Position numbers and translations under genes: made by a program. Positions 54,089-64,000 of a stretch of DNA of 64,000 bases are shown one piece after another (positions within the stretch are counted from its first letter, which is position 1; each line of letters opens with the position of its first letter). The DNA is from Eledone cirrhosa (lineage: Eukaryota): contig OZ024741.1 in NCBI GenBank assembly GCA_964016885.1, positions 273,606,001-273,670,000 on the forward strand. Direction: 5' to 3'. Under the pieces are notes generated by a model that had not been told where the DNA came from, did no database searches, and saw only the letters and a list, made by a program, of their open reading frames with translations.

Positions 54089-54574
54089 TATATACATATA
54101 TATATATACATGTGTATATATATATACACATGTGTATATATATATATAATCACATACATATATACATATATGTGTGTCGTTTGTACGTGATAGTTGTGGG
54201 TGTGGTGGGATGACGTTCATGGCTATAACAAAATAAAAAGAAAATAAATAAAAAATAATAAAAAAAAGTGGGGACGGGAGAATTTCAAAGTAAATGAAAT
54301 GAATGATTTGAAAGTAATTGTATATTCAGTACGATAATCTATTTGTACGTCCATTTTAGAGAGAAACTATCTCGTAGTCACGTCTGGCAACGTGGTTAAC
54401 GTCCATTTTAGACAAAAACTATTCCGTAGTCACGTCTGCAACGTGGTTAACGTGAGATTAGTTGCAAAATAATAAGGAAAATCTCGCAGAAATCTGGACC
54501 GAACGACAGCAGGAAAAAAACAACATACAGCGACGAAAGTGTGTAAAATGTATGTATGTATGTATGTATGTATG

Positions 54575-55920
54575 TTATCTCTTTCTCTTAATTTCGAGTA
54601 TATATTTTTTTTGACCGGCCACGTTCCTGGTGGCAAGGTTGTAAAAGAAAAGAAATTGTCATCCCTTGAATCGCAAGAATGTTTTGCAAATTTTGAAGGT
54701 GCCAGCTATCGTAGCCTTTTGTAGACTATGAATTAGGGAGCTGCGCTCTTTGTCCACAAATCCAAGTTCAGTCAAACTTGGTCCAAGCGGGTTGGTATAT
54801 AACCCGTAGCTCCAATAATGATGGGTATGAAGCTAAAGGTGTATCTTGGATACTGGATTTGTAAACTCCTCATCAATGGTCCGTAGATGTCCTCCTTCTC
54901 CTGTATTTTTCTGACAATGTTTACATCAAGTGGGCAGCTGAACTCCACAACAGAACACGTTTTCAATGTGTGGTCCCAAACAACAATATCAGGCCGGTTG
55001 TGCTTTAATTTGGTGGCAGGTTTTATTTTCAGGTTCCACCAGTATTCCTTAGTGCCATCTGTCTCAATATATTCTTCCTCGTTTGTTGTTAATTTTGTTT
55101 TCCGAAGTGCGTTCCAGATGGTTCTAGCTATCCCATCGTGTCTCATGGGGAGGTAGTAGCGAGATGACATTCTTTCGCAGCTGACAACAATGTGGCTTAC
55201 ATCCCCGATCTTTGTTTTACATAGCCTACATTTATTGTCAGCTGCTGGCCCTCCTCTTTTGTGCAGCAGATATTTGGTAGGGAGTTCTTGTTCCTGTATT
55301 GCATAGAGCTATCCCTCAAGGTGTGATGTCATAAACTTGTCGGAACTCCATGCCAGGCTTTTTGAGTGGTTTATCCCCTCTATGGTCTGTGTTTTACGCC
55401 TCAAGTATCCATGCCCTACTTTTTCAGTAAATTGGTAAATTTTTTTATCTTGTTTGAACATTGAATAGGATCTTCCGATTTCTCTGGGTGAGAGATTTAT
55501 ATCAGGCTTTATTCCATATCTCTCCTCAGTGGCTATTCTAATGATATTTTTTTTTCATGCTCATAAACCTGGGCAAGATGGTTGCCAACCTTTTTCCTCT
55601 GTTGAAGATGTTGTTTCAGTGTTACTATCCGGGTCTCATATGATGTTAATATTGATTTTAGACCCGGCCACCTTCCTTGCGTGAGAAGTATAGCCTATCC
55701 ACATCACCATCGATGTTAAGTTCCCAGTAACACTGAGAAGTTTGCGAGTTCTAACATCCATCTCACTTAGTTCTTGCAATGACCAGTTCAGCAGGCCAAA
55801 TGTTGGCGTTAGAATTGGCACAGCATAAGTATTGTGGGCAATGTATTTGTTGTACGCTGACAGTTCTGATGACCATATTTTCTTTACTCTTCTGAGGTAT
55901 TCAGTTCTGGTTCTCTCCTT
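54575..55920 (-). mobile_element. R4/Dong-type REL non-LTR retrotransposon, family B, 5'-truncated
   Basis: KIWSSELS, YLPMRHD, HNRPDIVVWD..VEFSCP..PIIIGATG (PD-(D/E)xK REL); bounded by (CATA)n. Confidence 0.85.
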
Positions 55921-55934
55921 ATGTATGTATGTAT

Positions 55935-58900
55935 GTTCTTCTGGTTTTATAATTTCACAAAGTTTTACCAATAGAGAGAGAGTCGGTTTCTAACATAGAC
56001 ACAAGACTCTCTCATTGGAATTTACACAACATCAACTAGGTAGATATGTATGTATGCATGTATGTGTAGATATGGATGTTATTGTATGTGTGGATGTGGA
56101 TGTTTTGAGTTGTATGCGTGCATGTGTATATGCTTTGTTTCGTTACATGTGTATATGCAGTTATTAGATGCAAAATTTTTGGAATGTTTTACATATTTTT
56201 ACTGTTCCATTAATGGATTGTAGTTGTAATTTCCTAACTAGTTGTGTTCTTTCTATTCCTGTTAAGCCTAGCTTCTCAAGATTTGTATTGAGGTAGTTAC
56301 TAACATATCCCAGTGCCCCAATAATCACAGGCATAAATCTGAAGGTGTAATCAGGGTGGAGTATCTGCAGATTTCTCATCAGTTCTGCATAAATACTCTC
56401 CTTTTCACTAATCTTTGATATTACATTGGCATCTGCTGGGCAGCTAATTTCCACTACTGTGCATGCTTTCTTCTCCCTGTCCCATATCATAATATCTGGT
56501 CTGTTATGCCTGCATTTTATTGGGGTTTTTACTGGAACATTCCACCAGTACTCTTTCATATTATGTACATGGATGTCTTCCACATTGCTGTAGCTTTTAA
56601 TGTGTTTATTATCGGGGCTATCTTTTTTACGAACTGCATTGTACAGTGTTTTGGCCACTACATCATGCCTCATAGGTAGATAGTACCACGATGATATCTT
56701 TGGGCAGCTGCTGATGACATGGGTGATATCCTCGATGTTAGTTCTGCAGAGTCTGCACTTGTTATCACATCTAGGTGTTTTACCTGCATCCCTATCTCTT
56801 TTGTGAATCAGGTATTTCGTGCTAATCTCCTGTTCTTGGATTGCAAAAGCGTATTCTTCAAAGTGGGAGCCAATATAGCGGTTGTTGGTCCAAGATAGAC
56901 TACTTTCCTTATCTATATTACTCTCACTCTGGAGCTTCCTGGCAACATATCCATGCATGATTTTTTTGCTGATAGGCATGCAGTTTTTCATCCATGGATT
57001 CACTGCGATACTGCTAAGCGACATCCCTGGGTGTGAGTTTTTGATTATCACACAGGGAATATCTCTCAAGGAGTTCCTTACCAACTCTCATGATCTTATG
57101 TGTTTCATGCAGATAGACTTGCTCGAGAAGCGGGCTCCTACGCTTCGAGGTTCGTAGATGTTGTCGGAGAGATATGATGTGACATTCAAATGTTGTCTGG
57201 ACTGATGTTAGGCCTCTGCCTCCCTGCTTACGTTTCAACTTAAGGCGGTCTATGTTACTGTTGATGTGGAAGTTTCCGGTGTTGTTCAGTATTTTTCGAG
57301 TTCCAACATCAACTGCTCGGATTTCATCTATCGTCCAATTGAGTATTCCAAACGTTGGTGTTAGGACAGGCACAGCAAACACATTGTGAGCCACTGTTTT
57401 GTTTTGCGCAGAGAGTTCCGATGACCAGATCTTTCTTAATCGGGTGTAGTATTCCCTGGTTACGAGTTCTTTATTACAGATACCATTATAGGATATGTTC
57501 TCATCTATCCCCAGGTATCTGTAACAGTCCTCATCAGATATCGGTGAAACAGTTAGACCATTGATGACAATGTTGCTAGATTGGGTTGTTGTTTTTCCCC
57601 GTTTTACAGTCATGTATGAGCATTTATCTTGGCCAAACTCCATTCCTATATTCTTTGAGAACGTTGTAACCAGGTCAAGATTTTTCTTCATCCCATCCAT
57701 GTTCTTAGCATAGAGTTTCAGATCGTCCACAAAGAAGTTATGGGTTAGGTTCGTATTTCTGCCCTCCTGTGAGCCAATGATGGATCCCTCACATTTCTTG
57801 AGCAGAAAGGACAAGGGGTTTAATGACAAGATGAACAATATCACAGAGAGACTGTCCCCCTGAAATATACCCCTGCAATATTTTATTTTATCAGTGAAAA
57901 TAGAGTCCTCCCTCTCTGTCTTTAACCTTAGGATAGTAGCCCAAGAAGAAGACAGCCTCTCTATGGCTCTGACAATAATGTCTAGGACTTTAGCAAGTTG
58001 GAGGGCCTCTATCATCCAAGAGTAGGCAACAGAATCGAAAGCTTTCTTGTAGTCCAGCCAGACTGTAGTCATATTTCTCCTAAGTTGTCGCACCTCCGAC
58101 ATCGCAGTTTTGTTGATTAGGAGTTGTCCAGCACATCATCAAACCCTTTTCTTTCCAGCTGCTTGTTCATCTGTGATGATGTTATTATTTTCACAGTGAT
58201 CTTGGAGCAATAGGTTCAGGCAGGCTGTATACATCTTATACATCAGATTCTGGCATGCAATGGTCGGTAGTTTTTTGCCAAGTGAAGTGGGTGTCTTTGT
58301 TCTTGGGGACCAGTAACGTTTGTGCTAATGTCAACCATTCTGGTATAAGTGTATCTCTCTTAAGAACTTGTTGGTAGAGGTCAGTAAGATACCTCCGATA
58401 GAATATTAGTTTTTTGTACCAGTAGCCGACAATCATGTCTCTTCCTGGTGTTTTCTTATCTTGGAGTTTTCCTATCACAGTCTCAAGGGTACCCTCACTT
58501 ATTTCGTATGTTTTTGTTGTAGTGTAGGAGCAATAGCTCTTTCGGATTTCTCTTAGCCACACTGCATCTTGGTTGAAATTCTTCTTTTCACCCCATATTT
58601 TTCTCCAAAAGGAATCTATGTCTTTCTGGGATGGGGCCTCAGTGACACTTATTATTTTGCCCTTCATATCTCTATAGACTGATGTTTGGTTTCGTCTGAA
58701 TCTTTTATTAAGCATTTTTCTCTCATCTACCTTCTTCAGGTATCGGCGTTTTTCGCTAACAGCTCTCAATGCTTGTTTGATTGTGATCAGCTTATATTGG
58801 AGAGTTCTGGTTCTACTGTTACCAAACATCGTCTCTATTTTATTTTTCACTCTTTGTTGGTGAGGAGTGAGGTTTTTTTGTGTTGTTTGCATGTAAGGAG

Positions 58901-60035
58901 CATTATCACATGTCCTATGTTTTTCCCTAGGTCAGCACTCTTTTTTTCTATTTTAGTTATATATGATGGTATTTTTGGTGGTGTTTTGTTCTTGTTAATA
59001 TCTCTGCTATCACCAAGATAATGCTTCACTGTCATTGCTAAGGCATATAAACAGGCGTTGATTTGCCAAAATGTTGGGGTTTTTATCCGTCGTAAATATT
59101 CATCCCCTATTTCGTCAATAACACGTAGTATTTCATTATTTGGTTTTTTATTCACCATTGTCATTTCAACACGTTCAGCCAGAGAGATATTTATACATGA
59201 ATTAATTTCTCTCTGGAAGATTTCGTTGAGGGAAATTTTCAATTGTTTATACTTTTGATTATCATTATCGATAGTATTTTCCACAACACTCGAGGTAGAC
59301 TCGGATAGTATACGTGGTGTCACATTTATTCGATTATTATTATTATTTCTTCGATTATTATTATTATCGATAGTGTTTTCCCCAGCATTCAAGGTAGACT
59401 TAGATGGTACAGGTATAGTTGTTTCAAGGCGCTGTTCGACCTGGCTGCTAGGAAGTCTAGTAGCATGGCGATCTGTAGCACATGTTTTTGATTCCATGTT
59501 TGTTGTGGGGGACTTACAATTAATAATCTTATTTTTATGTTCAACAAACGTCGCTTGTTGGCGTAATTGTTTCGCTGTGAAATAATTTAGCTCTGGGTAC
59601 ATTTCGTCCCAGTGTAGCTTCATTCTATTCATATAGCCAATGGAGGGATTGTTTTTTGCCATTTTATAACAATTAAATAAATCATCATTAAGTTCGCAAC
59701 TCCAAGAGAAATGCGATTTATAATTTCGGTTCCTTCTGTAGCTACAACTGAATAAAGTTTGATTACCTTCTTTGTTATTTGTCTTCGATACTTCCTTAAT
59801 TTTCTTGTTGATGTGTTCAGCCATGCTGTTTGAAGCAAATCCTTGTAAAATGAATTATGTATTTAGTCGGATATCTCTACGAATTCGAATAAAAGGTGTC
59901 TTCAGAAGGGATAGTTAGAAGAATAACCAGTTATTCAACCTGGCTGTAGTTGTGGCATTACTGTCGGAGATAGTATTCATCTTAAATTTAATAAATAGTC
60001 TCCCACGCCAAAATATGCGACTGATCGCGTTGACT
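55935..60035 (-). mobile_element. R4/Dong-type REL non-LTR retrotransposon, family A, near full length but frameshifted
   Basis: PGRD, WLDYKKAFDSV, GIFQGDSLS, FFVDDLKLY, YRYLG, GGRGL, CRLC..H...SC, RHD, NRPDI..VEISCP; (CATA)n on both sides. Confidence 0.9.
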
Positions 60036-60209
60036 GATGTATGTATGTATGTATGTATGTATGTATGTATGTATGTATGTATGTATGTATGTATGTATGT
60101 ATGTATGTGTGTGTGTGTATGTGTGTATGTATGTAAACATGCATGCATGTATGTATGTATGTATGTATGTATGTATGTATGTATGTATGTATGTATGTAT
60201 GTATGTATG

Positions 60210-60646
60210 TTTTCTCTTTCTCTTAATTTCGAGTATATTTTTTTGACCGGCCACCTTCCTGGTGGCAAGGTTGTAAAAGAAAAGAAATTGTCATCCCTTG
60301 AATCGCAAGAATGTTTTGCAAATTTTGAAGGTGCCAGCTATCGCAGTCATTTGCAGACTATGAATTAGGGAGCTGCGCTTTTTGTCCGCAAATCCAAGTT
60401 CAGTCATACTTTGGTCCAAGCGGGTTGGTATATAACCCGTAGCACCAATAATGATGGGTATGAAGCTAAAGGTGTATCTTGGATACTGGATTTGTAAACT
60501 CCTCATCAATGGTCCGTAGATGTCCTCCTTCTCCTGTATTTTTCTGACAACGTTTACATCAAGTGGGCAGCTGATCTCCACAACAGAACACGTTTTCAAT
60601 GTGTGGTCCCAAACTACAATATCAGGCCGGTTGTGCTTTAATTTGG
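60210..60646 (-). mobile_element. R4/Dong family B 3' fragment
   Basis: Nearly identical to 54575-55013. Confidence 0.85.
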
Positions 60647-60712
60647 TATGTATGTATGTATGTATGTATGTATGTATGTATGTATGTATGTATGTATGTA
60701 TGTGTATGTATG

Positions 60713-61195
60713 TTCTAGTTTTATAATTTCACAAATCTTTTTCAATAGAGTGAAAGTCAGTTTCTAACATAGACACAAGACTCTCTCATTGGAATTTACA
60801 CATCGACTAGGTATATATGTATGCATGTCTGCATGCATGTGTGTGCAGGTATGGATGTTATTGTATGTGTGGATGTGTATGTTTTGAGTTATATGTGTGC
60901 ATGTGTTTATGTTTTGTATCTGTACAAGTGTATGTGCAGTTATCAGATGCAGAATTTTTGGAATTTTTTACATATTTTTATTGTTCCATTAATGAATTGT
61001 ACTTGTAATTTCCTAACTGTGTTCTTTCTGTTTCTGTGAAGCCCAGCTTCTCAAGATTTGTATTGAGGCAGTTACTAACATACCCCAGTGCCCCAATAAT
61101 CACAGGCATAAATCTGAAGGTATAGTCAAGGTGGAGTATGTGCAGATTACTCATGAGTTCTGCATAGATATCTCCTTTTCGCTAATCTTTGAAAT
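60713..61195 (-). mobile_element. R4/Dong family A 3' fragment
   Basis: Collinear with 55935-56420 including the 3' UTR. Confidence 0.85.
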
Positions 61196-61600
61196 AGTCG
61201 GGCTGCACACCCGATCGCGCGGTTAAACCACTGGGAGTGAAGGACCCCTAGCCTTTGTCAGGGCATTCTTCTAGGAGAAGGCAACTCAGGAAACTGGGAT
61301 AACTCCGATATAAAACCTGCGGCTCAGTAGTTACCGATGATGTTGATCTTTTCTTTTTGGGTTATAGCTACTGTCGCTCAGAGAGTGGGATTGGTTCAGT
61401 GCACAGTCTTTCCTCACTTTAGAAAATATCTTCACGACAGGCATTGCACGATAGAATTAATTAATAATTATTAATAATGGTATATCGTGCAATGGCTATA
61501 CTCGATAACGAGGGGGCAGCCATCATGTATGTATGTATGTATGTATGTATGTATGTATGTATGTATGTATGTATGTATGTATGTATGTATGTATGTATGT

Positions 61601-64000
61601 ATTGTGTATGTAGTTTCACTTGATTTTGAATTTATTTTTGACCAGCCACCTTCCCAGAGGTAAGGCTGTAAAGAAAGGAAATGTTCGTCGTTCCTTTTAG
61701 AATCCCTCATCTGCTGAATCAAAAGAATTTTTTACAGGTTCCAGATATCGTGACCATTTGAAGCTTATAAATTAACCACATATCTAAATTTAGTTATACT
61801 TTACTCTAGACAGGTTGCTATATAACCTCTAGCTCCAATAATGACGGGTATGAAGCTGAAGGTGTATCTTGGATACTGGACCTGCAAACTCCCCATCGAT
61901 GGTCCATAGATATATCCTTATTATATTGACACCAAGTAGTCAGCTAACTTCAACAACAGAGCATATTTTTAATGTGGTCGCAAACAACAATATCAGGCTG
62001 GTTGTGTTTTAATATGGTGGTGGATTTTATTTTTAGGCTCCACCATTATTTCTTTGATACGCGGCTTCTGTTTCAGGAAATGAGGCGCAAAGGTCTGATT
62101 TCACTCGTACTGCAATGATACTCATGAAAAGCTTGTAAACTTGACTCAGTAAGCTGATAGGACGATAGTTCCCACAATCAAGTCGCTACCTTTTTTGTAG
62201 AGTACAGCTATCAATACTTTCTTGAACATGCCAGGGCTTTTTCCTGTAGTGATAATACAGTTAAAGAGATGTTGAAGTGCTTTGATAATTGGTTCACCTC
62301 CAGCTTTGATGAATTCTGAGTATATGTTGTCCAGTCCAGGGCTTTTTCCTCGTTTCAAATTTTTGGTGGCATGAGATGTCTCACTAGCCAAGATAAATGG
62401 AATGGCATCTGATGTCGAATAACCTGTAGCTCCAATAATGACGGGTATGAAGCTGAAGGTGTATCTTGGATACTGGACCTGCAAATTCCCCATCGATGGT
62501 CCATAGCTATATCCTTACTATATTGACATCAGGTGGGCAGCTAACTTCTACAACAGAGCATGTTTTTAATGTGGTCTCAAACAACAATATCAGGCTGGTT
62601 GTGTTTTAATATGGTGGTGGATTTTATTTTTAGGCTCCACCATTATTTCTTTGATCCACCAGTTTTAACATATTCCTCCCTATTTGTAATTTTCTTCTTC
62701 TGTAATCCATTCCAGATTGTTCTAGCTTTCATATCAAGCCTCGCGGAAAAGTATTAACGAGAAGACATTCTTTCACAGTTGACAATAATGTGGCTAACAT
62801 CTTCAATCTTTAATGTCAACTGCTGATCTTTCTCTTTGGTGTAGTAGGTACTTAACAGGGATTACTTGTTTTTGTATTGTATGGAGATATCCTTCAATGT
62901 GGGATGTTATGAACTTACCGGAACCCCACGTCAGACTTTTAGTACGGTTTAGCCTCTCTAATGTCTGTGTTTTTCGCATCGCTTAACTATTTACATTCTC
63001 AGTGAATTGATCCATTTTAACATTTTAATCGAGCATTGAGTAGTCTTCCAATGTTCCTGGGAGAGAGATTTCTATTAGATTTGATTTTATGTCTCTCTTC
63101 TAGATCAGTGGCTATCCTAACAATGTTATTTTCATGCTCATAAATATGGACGAGATGGCTGCTGACTTTTTCCTTCTGTTGAAGATGTTGCTTTGTATGA
63201 GAAATATATCCTATCTACATCACCATTTGTGTTAAAGTTTCCAGTAACACTGAACAGCTTGCGAGTCCTTATATCCATCTCACTCAGTTTCTGAAATGTC
63301 CAGTTCAGCAGGCCAAATGTTGGCTTTAGGATGGGCACAGGAAAAGTATTATGGGCAATGAGCTTGCACGCTGAAAGCTGCGATGATCATATTCTCTTTA
63401 CTCTCCTGAGGTATTTATTCCTGATCCTCTCCTTATTTATGGGTAAATAATATCTGACATTCTCATCCTATTTTAGATCCCTATAGTTAACACCAGACTA
63501 TAAAGCTTCTATCGTTAAACTGTTCATTTTAGGTTTTCAGATGAGGGCACAACTTTTCCGCGTTTTATTGTAAAAAATGCACATTTGGACCCACCAAATT
63601 TCATTCCAATATTTGTAGGAAGTTGGTAATTTGATTCAATTTGTTTTTTATGTTGTTTTTCATGCAACTTCAAGTCATAGACAAAGGAAAAATAGGTGGG
63701 ATATACCTCTGGATCTATTTCTATGACAACTGCGTTCTTTTTTAACAGGTATTATAGTTGGTTTAATGAGAAGACGTAGAGCAGCACTGACAAGCTATCA
63801 CCCCGAATGATACCTATTTCGGAGTGAATGCTATCAGACACAATTCACTTCTTATAACCGTTAAGGAGTAAGATATTGTACCAAATCTTGGTCAGGCGTT
63901 CGATTGCAACTACTGGTGGTTGTGGAACTTAGACTAACTGTAAAGCCCTGATAATCCACCCATGTGGTACACTATCAGGGGCCTTCTTGTAATCCTGCCA
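61601..64000 (-). mobile_element. Older R4/Dong-type copy (family B relative) interrupted by an RTE-like fragment
   Basis: PILKPTFGLLNW..EMDIRTRKL, LQVQYPRYTFSFIPVIIGATGY; heavily decayed; runs to the window end. Confidence 0.75.
62060..62418 (-). mobile_element. Internal RT fragment of an APE-type (RTE-like) LINE
   Basis: LKRGKSPGLDNIYSEFIKAGGEPIIKALQHLFNCIITTG..LYKKG. Confidence 0.75.

Noticed and set aside
54348-54452. ~53-bp tandem duplication
   Set aside because: Real, but only two copies and no further structure; likely simple slippage.
59940-60035. HDV-like ribozyme at the 5' end of the R4/Dong element
   Set aside because: Hairpins and a possible P2 pairing are visible, but I could not assemble P1/P3/P1.1 or place the catalytic C.

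Overview
AT-rich, microsatellite-dense animal DNA, most likely from an octopod cephalopod judging by the SINE families (inference). No host protein-coding exon or RNA gene is recognisable, and the window is almost entirely transposable elements and simple repeats. The centrepiece is an intact Penelope-like retroelement of Naiad type (737-aa RT + GIY-YIG ORF, 36997-39210, minus strand) with hammerhead-ribozyme (HHR) pseudo-LTRs. It lies inside a ~10.4-kb fold-back (33846-44211) whose inverted arm copies the element's 3' half plus ~1.4 kb of pre-existing flank. Many small non-coding HHR-bearing or hairpin elements in (TA)n repeat this 'tandem + snap-back' geometry. Also present: a decayed near-full-length Tx1/L1-type LINE, a same-strand cluster of R4/Dong-type REL LINEs joined by (CATA)n, CRE/RTE/CR1 fragments, Helitron, hAT and pogo-type remnants, tRNA-derived SINEs, and long mini/microsatellites. 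Most ORFs in the supplied track are repeat artefacts. Coordinates were read by eye and fuzzy boundaries are approximate.
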